From assembly GCA_964019335.1 (NCBI GenBank), contig OZ025660.1, forward strand, positions 558,001-622,000: 64,000 bases of DNA, read 5' to 3'. Source of the stretch: Diplonema japonicum. Taxonomy: Eukaryota > Protista > Euglenozoa: Diplonemea. Position 1 is the first letter of the stretch. Every line of letters starts with the position of its first letter. This document shows positions 9,335-21,830 of the stretch, one piece after another. The position numbers and the translations under genes were made by a program. The notes under the pieces were generated by a model. It ran no database searches, was not told where the DNA came from, and was given only the letters and a program-made list of their open reading frames with translations.

Positions 9335-11218
9335 AAAAGGAACGTAACTGATTGCAATTCCCTTCCTCCCTGTTTTTCTTTTTTTTTTTTTTTACAAGAA
9401 CCTCCTTCGTCGATCTGGAATTTGAGGTGACGGCGCGTGGCCACCTGATTGGTTTTTCCCCCCTTTTTGTTTTCCCGTTGCATACTCCGTAAAGCACTGC
9501 ATTCCTGCTTTGCGAGGTTGAGCTCCATCTTGGCTGTCACAAGCTGGTCAGCAAGATTGCTCTTCTCCACCAACTCCAGGTAATGTCTGTGGATGGGTAA
9601 AATCATTAGCACCAACATACCTATTCGGTGAAAGCGGTGTCTGTTCGTTTCGAGCAAGGCGCCACGGGGACACGGGTGATGGTGCCATGGGTGGTGGGGT
9701 CATCAGCATGACGGTTGAGCGCAGGGACTGTGGCTGATAGCTCACAGAGGGAGGACTCAGGGTCACGCTCTGCGGGCGGTCATTTACCACTGCAGGCCGT
9801 GGTGATAAATGCACGGGCACAAGCTCTGCCGCATTGTCGCTGTTGTCCGGTGTGTACGGCCGCACAGGTGACGCCACTGCAGGGAGCGGCCTCTCGAGGA
9901 TGGCCCTTAGCTCTGTACTCGTGTCGCTCAACACGACCGCCTCCGCGACGGACTCCACCTGCTTGACCTTCCCTATGCTCGGGATGGCTATCTGCTTCGC
10001 TTGCTGCTGCAGAAGTCTTTTCAGCTCCACTACCTCCCGCTTCAGGTCCATGTTCAGCCTGTTCACCACAGCCATCTCTTTCTCTCCTGTGGCCAGCTTT
10101 TCCTCGTAGTGCACTTCCATAGACGACATCTGTGTGATGAACCGTTTTTCGATGTCCCTTGATGACCGAACCTTTTTCTCTTCCCGCGCCATCTGCGTCT
10201 GCTGCAGTGCCATCTGCGCCTCGCGGAGCTGCTTTTCCAGCGACGCAACCACGATGTGCCACCCGTTGTCCTGCGTCACGGGGCCACGTTTCTGGTCCGT
10301 CGCTGCCAGGTCTGTTACCAGCTGCACGATGTGCCGTACTTGCCTGTTCCTGTCCCTGGCAGGGACACCTATCGAGGGTACTCTTATCCCCCCCTCCCAC
10401 CGGGGGGGGAAATGTGGAGCACTCCTACTCCGCAGCGTACTTGAACTCTTCCGTCTCCTATCCCGTCTGTCATACTCCTCGCCCTTCATTCTGCTGCTGG
10501 CTGTCGGCAGCGTGTAAGTGGAGGACCCCCGTGTGGTCACAGGAATGATGTCGTCCGACTGCTCGGATTCTTGCCTTCGCTTCGGCACCAGTGCGGGGGG
10601 TATGATATCGGTGGCTTCCTCTTCCTCTTCCGGGGGAGGCTGGGGGGGGATGTCGCTGTACTTAATCCGCTCTCGGGAGGGGAGCTTTTTCTTACTACTA
10701 GATTTCGTCGGCTGGAGGTAAGAGGGGATCCTGGTGATGCCTGCACAAGATTGGTCTTCGTCGGAGGTCAGCGAATCGGAGACGACTACGACGGGGGGCT
10801 GCGACTTGCCGACAGGGCGAGAGGGGGCCGACCTGGACTGCCGATTAGTGATGTTGTTGTTACGCCTGGAGTGGTCTATGGTGTTTCGTGGCCGGTTGCG
10901 GCGGCCTCTCTTCTCACTCCGCACCTCGTGGAACAAGGCATTCTCTACAGCCGTGTCATCGGCAGTGTTCCGAGGGCTGGGGCTCCAGCTGTAATCACTC
11001 TTGGGTGTGTGTCCCGGTGCCGACAGCGACCTCAGCCTCGCCTCATTAGGCGAAGGCGCGATACTGGCCAGCAGCCTGCCTTCCTGTGCACTGCTCAGAC
11101 GGTATGCTCTAATGTTATTAATCGCAGGCCTGTTGAGGGATTCTACATGTTGTTTCATTGACAACAACTCCTTGTCAGTATGTCTTCTCGAGTAGTATGG
11201 CATCCATCCATCCGCCAT
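9253..11218 (-). CDS. Hypothetical low-complexity/coiled-coil protein, at least 1 intron
   Basis: Intron 9587-9620 (GTATG...CACAG) joins ORF 9548-11218 to ORF 9253-9657; true 3' end uncertain. Confidence 0.65.
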
Positions 11219-11473
11219 CTCCCCAACGCCCTTTCTATGGTGCCAGTGAAATATGCAGTGTGCAAGGAATAAAATCGGTTGGGTTGCGGTTTCTTTTTCT
11301 TTTTTCTTTCTTTTTCATTCTATCTTCCCTATTGTTCCCAATTTTCCGATTGCGCTAACCGCCACCCTCTTATTCTCTGATGAAAGGAATAAGAAAAGGT
11401 CAACTAAAATATGTAATAAAACAAAAAATTGGGAGCGGGGAAGCTGATTTCAAATTCTATTCTGTTCCTCTGT

Positions 11474-13297
11474 TTACGTTGAGGGACGTCGGGTAAAGAG
11501 TGTTGTGGCACGGTGTCTGATGCCCTTTTTAGGTGTGGGCTGTAGAGCACCGGGAGGGACGGAAGAGAAAGATGATGAGAGGCTGCTAGCGGGGGGAGCG
11601 AATTGTGGAGGAGAGACGTCATCAGTCGAAGCTAGCGGCCAGTGCAAAACCTTGGAAAGGAGAGAGGCTTCATCGATGAAGCCTTGCGTCTCGGAGGACT
11701 CATCCCCCCATGTGAGGATGCAAGGCGTCATCCACGGTGCTGTACCGGACCCCACCATCTTCTTAACTGAGGACCAGCCTGTCTCTAGAACGTGAACAAG
11801 GGAGTACTCTAAGTCAACGTCAGACATGATAGGTTCCCAGACGAAAATAGTCCCAGTCACCGACCCAGTACAGAGGTAGTTCCCTGCTGAGGAGAGAGAC
11901 ACAGCTTCGTTGGGCAGGTGCAGGACACCACCCTTCTTGCAAGCCAAGTGAACGTTTACGCTAGGTGCAAGGAGGACCCAAGCGTCCACACCCGCCACGC
12001 AGCACACTATGTCTTCTATCTCCGTTGCAGCATCGTCGTTGCTGAGCCTAAACGTCCCGCTCGATGTCGATGATCCACCGCAGACCTGCCATGCCTGTGC
12101 TTGGACAAGGCCTGCTTCATCTTCAGCACCCACGACACATACGTACCCTGTGTCGGAGGCGGACATGCCCGTCATCTCAAACCCGCATGCGATGGTGTTG
12201 AGATACTCGCCTTCTTCGTTGTAGAGGTGCAGCTCCTGCGATGGGATCTCCGCCGTGCAGAGGAGGTTTCCACACCAAGTCGTTAGAAGCGTGGCATCAG
12301 AAGATTCGAGCTCAATGGTGCTGAGATGCTCTAGATCGGGAGTGGTGTAGATGTAGATGGAGTCGTCGGGGTTAGAGTAAATAGATATGAGACCGGACAG
12401 CCCGCACACTGCGATCTGTGTGCAGGACACGTCGGGGATGTTGTCGATCTCGTTCAAAACGCCTGATTCGATGCTGAAAAGTGTCATTCTGTCTGCGAAG
12501 CCAGCACAGATGTACCCGTCGTTGCAAGGCGCGATGGAAAGGGTGCGGAGCTGCGGGGGCATGTCAAGCTTGGAGGGACGGAGCTGGAGAATATTCCTTC
12601 GAAGGACACGACGCGCGTGGTTTCCAATATCGGTGACGCCAAGAACACTCGTCGAGCGCATGAGCCGGGCCTTCCACCCTTCCTTCTCTTTTTTTTCATC
12701 CTCGATAACCCATTTCACAGACATCCTCTCGCTGATCAACCATTCCAACCTCACCGCATCTAGCATCAACCTTTCCTCCTCGTCCGAGATGTACATAGAT
12801 GACTTCACTGTTTTTGTTAACACACGTTTTAGTCTAGTATCGCTGGTGATTTCTTTGAAGTAAGCTTCGACAGAAGCGATGCCTGAAGATGGGTTCGCAC
12901 CACTTTGCGACGCCGTGTAAAAGCCTGCCGTAATGAGTATGGAGTAGCATTCTATGATGGCTCTGCACTGTTCGGGGGTTTTGCAGGGTAAGGAGTGACG
13001 TGCGAGTTGGGCTTCGTTTTCGGCTTTCGCCATGCAGTCCGCCAGTCTTTCGAAGGAGCCTGCCTGCATCGCTGCGATGCCTTGCTCCAACCAGCTCCGT
13101 GCTGCGAGGAACTCCTTTGCTTGAATCCTCTCCACTGCATCTTGAATGTGGTCAGCCTGACATACACATTTCATTGCCACTGCTTGCATCGCCCTCTTCA
13201 GCCCGTCACCCTCCTCCCCTTCCCCATTTGCTAAGACTCGTATTTTCCTCCTTGCAGTGTTCACCATCGGTGCTAACACCAATCCTAATAGCTCCAT
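11474..13297 (-). CDS. Hypothetical protein with C-terminal WD40-like beta-propeller
   Basis: 607-aa ORF; beta-rich C-terminal half with a LCTGSVTGTIFVWE WD-like blade. Confidence 0.65.
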   Translation of the reverse strand: MELLGLVLAPMVNTARRKIRVLANGEGEEGDGLKRAMQAVAMKCVCQADHIQDAVERIQAKEFLAARSWLEQGIAAMQAGSFERLADCMAKAENEAQLARHSLPCKTPEQCRAIIECYSILITAGFYTASQSGANPSSGIASVEAYFKEITSDTRLKRVLTKTVKSSMYISDEEERLMLDAVRLEWLISERMSVKWVIEDEKKEKEGWKARLMRSTSVLGVTDIGNHARRVLRRNILQLRPSKLDMPPQLRTLSIAPCNDGYICAGFADRMTLFSIESGVLNEIDNIPDVSCTQIAVCGLSGLISIYSNPDDSIYIYTTPDLEHLSTIELESSDATLLTTWCGNLLCTAEIPSQELHLYNEEGEYLNTIACGFEMTGMSASDTGYVCVVGAEDEAGLVQAQAWQVCGGSSTSSGTFRLSNDDAATEIEDIVCCVAGVDAWVLLAPSVNVHLACKKGGVLHLPNEAVSLSSAGNYLCTGSVTGTIFVWEPIMSDVDLEYSLVHVLETGWSSVKKMVGSGTAPWMTPCILTWGDESSETQGFIDEASLLSKVLHWPLASTDDVSPPQFAPPASSLSSSFSSVPPGALQPTPKKGIRHRATTLFTRRPST

Positions 13298-13862
13298 TAA
13301 ATAGGGCGTCTGTTTGTAAGAATCTTTTTTTTTTTTTTCCCCGTGGAAGGGGGGTGGGGGAGGGTAATAGTCGGTTTGAAACGAGAAGAAAAAAAAAATG
13401 AGGAAACCACACCAAAAATAATGAAGAGAAAAAAAAGAAGAAGAAAAAAAAAAAGAAATCCCCTCGCAGCTTATGATGCTTTACTGTATAAACATGCAAA
13501 ATGAAGAGGTCGTGGGCAAAAAAAGAAGGAAGATACGAACAAAAAAAAAAGGGAGTAATAGATTTACTAGTTTTTTTTTTTTGTTGTTGGTCCGTTCCCT
13601 CGGTTCAGCTTTGAACTGTGTCATTCTATTCTTTTTTTTTTCTTTTTTTTTTTTCACTCGGAGCAAAGAAGCGAAGAGACGGAAGTTCTTTTGCCCAGGG
13701 GAAAAAAAAGGGGGGTCATCTCCCTGAAGCACCATCTCTTTTTCCCTTCAGAGGATAAAGAGAAAACAGTGGTGATAATACACTTGGGGAAAGAAAAATC
13801 GGGGGAATAAATATTTTGACGAAACGGGGACAACAAAAAAAAAGGGGGGGGGGGAGATTGCC

Positions 13863-16800
13863 TCAAGCATCCTGGTCATCATCCTTCTTGTGTTCAATGA
13901 GCTTCCAGTTATCGGCGTGCTCTTCGCTGAGGTTGATCTCCCGGGGGTGGAACTCTGTAAGAGCAAGGCGCTGGCTGATTGTGATGCATGTGATCCCTAG
14001 GTTCACAGCTTCTTCGTAGAGCAGATGTTCCACATTCACAGAGACGGCACTAGTACATTCGTCGAGAACACAGATGTCAGGCTGTAAAAGTTTTTTTTTT
14101 TGAAATTTTATGTTTTCTGGATACCTTGTGGTAGAGAAGCCTAGCCATCCCGATACGCTGCTGCTCGCCAAGGGAGAGGATGTGCTCCCACTGTTTGACT
14201 TCCTCCCACCCGTGTTCTGCAATCCTGTCCTTCAGCTGCACCTTTCTAAGTAGATCGGTCAGCTTGTCAGTCTCATCTTGGTTCTCAGTGTCGATCTTCT
14301 TCGGGTACGTGATCTGATCAGCCAGCGACCCAAGCACCATGAACACCTGTTGCGGTACCAAGAAGATTTTCTTCCCTTCCGGCAGAATGACCTCACCCTT
14401 CGTCAGCGGCCACAACCCGCCCATAACCCTGAAAAGGGACGTCTTCCCAATCCCGTTGCGCCCTGTCACCATCGTCGATGCATCGATATCCAGCGTCATG
14501 TTCCTCGCGAGTGTCACGCCTGCCGGGGTTACGATGTCCGCTCCCCGTAGCCCCAAGTACTGGCTGCCCTTCACAACGCTTTTCTTCAGTGTTGGGAATT
14601 GTGTGTGCACACTGTCAAGCACCTTGTCCATCTCTGACACCCTCCCCACGAGCCCGTACAGGTTCTCAAGGTGCTCCGCGAAGTTGAGCAGCTGCCCCAT
14701 GCACTCGAACATCTGGTTCGTCGCGTCGAAGATGAAGGCCTGCGCCCTCCCTAGCTTCTCACCCCCGTCGCTGATGACCTCTGCGTCCTTTACGTTCTTG
14801 CTAAACTCATTGCGCAAGATCCACTGCACGAGGAACGGCGCCTCCCTCACAATTGCCCCGTTCACCAGGTTGAACTTCCACGTCTGCCACAGCCTGAGCT
14901 GTGCGTGCTTCATGAGGTCGCTGAACCTCTCGTGGATAATGCCCAACTCCCTCACACCACCACCGTAGAAGGCGATACTCTCCGAGTGGTGCTTCACACG
15001 TGCATGCCCAGCTTTGAACAAGCCTTCCAGGGAGCTCTCTTCAGAGGTAATCTTCCTGAACTCCGGCATGGCCATCCTGATGACTACCGACCCGCCCGCA
15101 AGGTACAACCCGAAGAAGCCAACCGCCTTGCCACCCACCATCTCCCTTATGTGGTACGAGAACCAGCACAGCTCCACAATAGGACGCAACAGCTGCGGGA
15201 TCAAAGCAGCCGTGGCGTTAGTGAGTGCTCTCAGGTCACTCGTGATGCGCTGCTGTGGGTCAGGGATGGTCTTGTCCAGATGTCCGATTTTATAGAATGC
15301 GTTATTTTTCATGTACCTCTTGAGGAAAGAAGTGGTGAGCCCCTCCATCATGGACTCGGCGATGTCGTGCTCCATGTAGGTGACGCACTGTTCCATCACA
15401 CCACCAGCGACGGCGTACCCTAAGGATTTGAAGACAAGCTGAAGGAACTCACCTTTGTCTTGCTTGAATATAGTCGACATCATCTCTCCGAGGTTCTTAG
15501 TGGTCTGCACCTTGAGGCCCACCTGAATAGCAACCGCCGTCACTGCCATGGCAAGGCGCGCAGCCTTCTTGTGCGGCAGGCCAATGTCGATGAGCTTCCT
15601 AAATGCAGCAAACGAAGCATTTTTCGCGTGCTTAGAGTCAAGCTTCTTTAATGTGTGTCCCTTCGGGCTCGAGGATTTCGTAACCTGCCCCCGGGCGGTC
15701 TGGTGGTGGAAATCCGGTTTGTTCAACACGTCCAAAGTGTAAGCAGCATCAGGAAGCCCAATAGTGAGGAGCTGGTCGTGGTATGCCTTAAGTACGGGCC
15801 TGTGGCTGATTGTAATGTAGGCAGTCTTGGCATCTTTAAGCACATGTTCGTACAAACGACGCTCCATCTCGCCGCTCACGGCACTGGTGCACTCGTCCAA
15901 GATTGCGAAAGAGGGTTCGTGGAACAGCAGTCTGGCAATGGCCAGCCTCTGCATCTCACCCAGACTAAGAATCTCGTCCCAGTTAACAGTTCTGTCGCTG
16001 TAGGTGTCGAGCAGATACAGCAGATCGACCTTCTCGAGCACTTCGCGCATCTTCTCATCGGAGAGCTTAGCGCCCTTGATGGGGTAGGCCATCTGCTCTG
16101 TCAGGGTGCCCCTCACGTTGTAAGGCTTCTGCGGCAAATAGTACACACCGCCCTTCTGATGTCCATCAGCTGATGCCGCAGTGCCAGGCTTGGTGATTGT
16201 CCCTGTAGTGTGCTCCCACAGGCCACCGAGGCATCTGAAGATAGAAGACTTGCCTGCACCGTTGTGCCCAGTAAGCAGCAGGGAGGAACCCTGCTTGAGG
16301 CTGAAAGAAAGGTCTTTCACCAGAGTGCGCCCCTGCGGCGTGACAATGTCCACGTGCTCGAAGGAGATAAGATCACCAGAGATCACAGTGTCGCCGTCAC
16401 TCTCAGGCATGGCATTGAGGGCGCTGAGAACATCCCCCACCCTGGAGGCGCTGCCGGAGATCCTGTCCAGCTGCTTCAGCATCTTGGCAGTGGTGCCCGC
16501 CGCGATCATGGACTGCACGAAGAGCACAAACTGGTGTCCGATGTCGCCTTTCAGCTTCGCGATGTTGGCGATGGAGCTGAGGTCCGGCTTCGCCTCTTGC
16601 CAGAACAGGTGCGGCGTGATGATGAAGGTAGTCATGAAGCTCCTGAGGAACCACGTGAAAGCAAGTGATTCGTTGAAGTTGTACCACAAGACAACCCTGT
16701 GGAACTCACGTGCCTTGCTGATGGCTTGCTTGAATCGCGTCTGCAGGGTGTTCTCCTCAAAGTCCCTACCTTCAAGGGCGGCCACCGCTTCGGAGTTGGT

Positions 16801-17646
16801 GACAAGCATCTGGTGGGCTGTTTTGTAGCTTGCGAAGCGGGTACGTGTTTCGGAGACCCACTTTCCGATGGGGAGGGGGGCGAGCTTCTTGGTGATGACA
16901 AACATGGACCAGAGGTAGAGGTAAGGGGCTAGGGCGTACTGCACGCCATAAAGCTTGCCGAGTTGGAGGGCGAAGAATGTGCCTGCGGTGGAGGCGTAGA
17001 TGCCCTCACAGAAGACATGGGCGAGCTGAGTGGCAACGTCTTTCGCGTCTTCACAAATACGCTCGTCAGGGTCACCGATCGAGGTGTCGGTACCTTGAGC
17101 AGCCTGCTGTGCAAGAATGTAGTAGTTCTTGTTTTTGAAGTATTTCTTGTGGACGATGTTTGTGAGCTTTTTCCTCCAGGCCACTGCGAGGCTGTTTTCG
17201 ACATATTTGTAGGTCTGTCGATGAATGCAAGACACGACAGCAAGCTGCAGTTGTTCCCGCCACCCACTCCAGAACTCAGCTTGGTTTCTCGTCATTGCAT
17301 TGACGTCAAGCTTTTGAACGACCCTGCTAGTAGCGCTCATCAGCCATATCCGCAGGAGCGACAGCACAAGGATGCCATACAGCTGCCACCCACCACCGGC
17401 CATCTCCAACTTGCTAAGGTTTGGACACAACAGTTTCCAAATCATGTTCACACTAGACCCCTCCCTCCTCTTCCTCCTTGGCTTTCCATCAGATACCATT
17501 TTCTGTCTCTTCTTCTTTCCACCTTTCATCATGTAAAACAATACAATAACCGCCACGGCTACTAGCACCTTCCCCAGGGTGCCCCCTCCTGTTACGGCTC
17601 CTACGAGCCTTCTCATGACACCAATCCTGCTGTCCACACTCTCCAT
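13863..17646 (-). CDS. Full-size ABCD (peroxisomal) transporter, TMD-NBD-TMD-NBD
   Basis: Two Walker A (GHNGAGKS, GRNGIGKT), two LSLGExQR signatures, two LDECTSAVS, EAA-like motifs (SEAVAALEG, SESIAFYGG); intron 14082-14124. Confidence 0.92.
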
Positions 17647-19516
17647 GATTCCCTTCCTGTGATACGAATCTGAGCGAAGTGTTTTAAGTGGGGAAAGGGG
17701 GGAAAAAAGGGTGGGCGGAAAGAAAAGAAATTCAGAGAGGGAACGAAGAAGTAAAAGATGTATGCCGCGTGGAAGGAAGAAAAGAAAGAAAGAAACAATC
17801 CCATCATATATTCTGAAGTGCCCCTCAGGTACCCCTTTTGAGGTTTCGTTGTTAACCCGAACAATGGTGGGAAAAAGGGCTTTTAACACCCTTGCATTGC
17901 AAAGGAAACAAAAAAAAAAAAAACTTCTGATGCTTTTCTGGGTCACTAAGAGATATGAGGGTTATTATCATCCGGCGGTTCTTTGTGAGTTGGAAAGGGG
18001 AAAGGGATGGGAAGGGGGGAAAAAAGGCCGCAAAAGTAGCATAGATGTTTGCTATGGAAGGTTGAGGGACAAAGCGGGGAGCTATGAAAAAATGAACAAA
18101 ATATTTTATGTAAAATTAGAAGATGAATAAATTAATGCCTGCGAGGGGCCCTGACACAGGACAAAAAACAAATGCCAGAAACGAAATAGGAAACAAATTG
18201 TGGCTAGCAAGGCCCACATTTCTCTTTTTTTTCTTTCCTGGAAATGAAAAACAATTCTTTATGACTATATGTCTTTGTTGTTCGCAAAAAAAAAGGGGGG
18301 GGGGCATCATTTGTTTGTGCACGCAACAAGAAAAAGAAAAAGAAAACAAGAGGGGAGGGGATCCATGATGGGTATCAGGGGGGAGGGTTTGTGTTTTTTT
18401 TTTTTCCATAGCATTTTAAATGAATATACTAAAACTCAGAGCTCGAACAACAATGTCAACGGGACAGTATGGTACATAATCCTTTTTTTTTCTCTTTTTT
18501 TTTTTCTTCCCTCTGGTATCCAAATCTGAGCCACGAGGGTCTCGATACAATTATCTTTAAAGAACAAAAGAAGAAAATGCCCCCCTTCACTTTAATCAGG
18601 TTGTCCCGCGACAAATCGCACACAAATATTTTTTCTACTTTCAATTTTCTTTTCTCCTCCATCTCTAGAAGAGATGTATTTTTCATGCCCCCCCTTTTTT
18701 TTTCTCCTCACTTTATTTTTTTAATTTGAATATAGCAAACATAGAGGGGGGTGGGGGGAGGACAAGCAAGACAATCAAAGGGGGGGGGGGGGGGTGAAAG
18801 GAGAAAACACGTCGGTAAATGGTGTCATTTTTTTTTTCTTTTTCTTTTTTTTTTTTTTTTTTTTTTGCTACTCGTCTCAATTCTTGCCAGGCAATCTACC
18901 ATCCTCTATGGCTGCCGAAGAAAACACACCTAAAATAGCACTTCGCGAAAACAACAGCTTTATGTCGCAATCATAAATCTCAAAACAGGGGAAACCTAGG
19001 TGTTTCTAGCAGCTTTAATGGTATTTCGGAAACATCCAGAAAACCTTGTGACAAAGTAGCGAATAATTTGACTATGTGCAGAAGAATCCCTAGGTTTTCT
19101 TTCTTCTAATAAGAATTTGACAACGAGCTCGAAGGAAAGAACTGAGCATGATCACGAAGAAAAAAAAAGGGGGGGGGGGAAGAAGAAAAACCGTGGTGTT
19201 GACCTTGGAACGTTGAAGGAAGGGAAATAAAAGAAACAAAAGAAAAAGAAAAGAACCCCCCAGGGGAACATAAACTCACTAAGGAGAACTTCTGCAACAC
19301 CCAAGAAAACAAACAAACAAAATGAATCGCAATAAAAAAAGAAGGGGAAAAAAAAGGGGGGGAAGAACATTTTCAGCTCCTTTACCCAAACCACACCCCT
19401 GTCTGGCGTTAGATAAGTACCGAAATAAAAAAAAAAATGAAGAGGGGGTAATAAAATACAAAAAACAGCATGCATGTTCCGAAAGCAGACCTATAATAAG
19501 GCGTGGTGGGGAGAGG

Positions 19517-19617
<101 letters not shown>

Positions 19618-21410
19618 GATTGATTTCACTTCAACATAATCAATTATCCGGTATCCGTCAAAAGATTTCGAATTCGTGGTTTCCCATACTATGGCGAAAT
19701 GAAAAAAAAGGGGGGGGTCTTTTTAACATGCTTTTAAAAACGCACTTGCCCCGGCCATGTTGGCTAACTCCGCCTGAGAGAGCTGGCCTCCTTTTGTACT
19801 ACTAGTCAGCTAAAACAGACTCAAATGCGCGTACGTGCCTACTATTCTGCTTGAGACTGGCAGGGAGTGCACAGTTTTCCATCTCACCGCGCCGCCCTAT
19901 GCAGCAACACTGGCCAGACCTTTTAAAAGGGGCCTTCATGTCAGATTACACGACTACCGTTAGGAGCAAAGGCTACCCCCCCCAAAAAAAACATGGATAC
20001 GTGTCTAGACCTGTCTAGTGGTGTGGCCTTGTGCTATGTTTCAAGTTTAATTTGTTCCCCCCCCCCTTTTTTTTCTTCGTTTCTTGACAAATACCGAATA
20101 ATTGACCACAAACTCGGAAACCTTTCTTTCTTTACTTTTTTTGGTGTAGGAGAAGAAGAAAAAAAAGGGGGAGAAAGGGAAGGGGGTGAAAGGTGGTCTC
20201 TGCTTCAAATAGGATTTCTTCAGGGCAGCAAGAGAAACCATTTTTTTCTTTGCCCCGACTCTCTAGTACTTCTTTGGCTATCTGCAAGGAAGCAAAGTCG
20301 ACCTAGTCCGTCATTTTCAGAGGGAGGGAGGAAGGACCTAAAGTACGGCTTTCAAGATACCTTTTTTTTTTTTTTTTTTTTTTTTTGCTGGTGGTTGTAC
20401 AAAAAAGAAATTAGGGGGGAAAACCCCTCTCCGACTACGATTTTTACCAATTTTCTTCAACAAAAAGCAAAAGCTGAGCTGAAAAAAAATCTCGGGTGTT
20501 TTTTTCCCCCCCCCCTTCTTTTCCTATTGTTTATTGTGGAGAGAATATTTTTCTTCTTCTTCCAATATGGGGGGGGAGAAGTGTAAGCAACGACCCACCA
20601 AAAAAACAAAAAGAAAAAAAAAAAAAAAAAAAAAGAGAAAAACATGATAAATTTCGGGGCTGGTGGGGTGCTCACCGAAAGAAAAAAACAAAAAGAAAAA
20701 GAACAAAAAAGCCAGATGTGACAGGTTTCTATCTATTAATGAAGCCTACTGCAGCCTTGCCCACCGACTGCAGTCTTCAACTCTCCTGGCGTCTTCCCCA
20801 AAAAAACAAATAAACTACCAGCATTTTATTTTGTTTTCATCAACGAACGGATTGTTACCCCGCGGTGAGCTCGGCTACGTAATCAACAAAAGAAACAAAT
20901 AGCTATTTCTTTTTTTTTTATCCAGAATGAATTTTTTGAAGCGGGGAACTGAGGGGGAAAAAAAGAACTACCAGTTGTAGGCTTGGTGCTGCTCTCTTAT
21001 CTCAAAAAAAAAGGGGGGGGGGGAAGGCTAAAAGCTACATATTGCAACAAACAAAAAAAAAACTATTTTATCCAGACAAAAATGCCCTTTTTGTTTAAAA
21101 AAACGAAAAAGAACCTACTGCGCGCAACACGGAAAGAAAGTTCTCAACAATATTACAACTCCCCTCCCTTTTTTTTTTCTTCTTTCTTTTGTTGTTACCC
21201 TGTTTCTCAGTGCTGTGTTCTGTTCTTTCGAGGCACTAAAAGATTGCAGCATTGCATGTAATTGTTGACTGTTCTTTCTTTTACTATTTTTCTTCTTTCG
21301 ATTTATTGCCTTCAATAATCATGCAGCCGCCTTTTTCAAGGTTTCTACGTGAGACTAGGGGAGAGGAGGAAACGAACTACTTTTCACTACTTTCCGAGTA
21401 GGGGTATTGG

Positions 21411-21446
<36 letters not shown>

Positions 21447-21536
21447 TCCAGTGGGATTAGCAACTAACCGGAAACCTTTCCCGTTTTTCAATAGCTGGTT
21501 GAAATGTTTCCAGTTTCGTAAGTACCTAGGTAACGG

Positions 21537-21571
<35 letters not shown>

Positions 21572-21830
21572 AAAGAAAACCTTGGAAAAGATCGAGTTTT
21601 TTTTTCTTCTTCTTTTTCTAGAGATGAACTTTCTTTCTTTTTTTTTTTTTTTCCCCCTTCCTGTGTATTTTTTTTTCTTTTCTTTCCACTTTTTTTTTTT
21701 TAAATCTATACTTCTTTGAAAAATTTCAAATTGGAGAAATAATTAAAAAAAAAAAATGAAAAAAAAAAAAAGAGATAAACAGCTACCTTGGGTAACAAAC
21801 TCCATATTTTTGTTCCTTCTTCTTCTTTCT

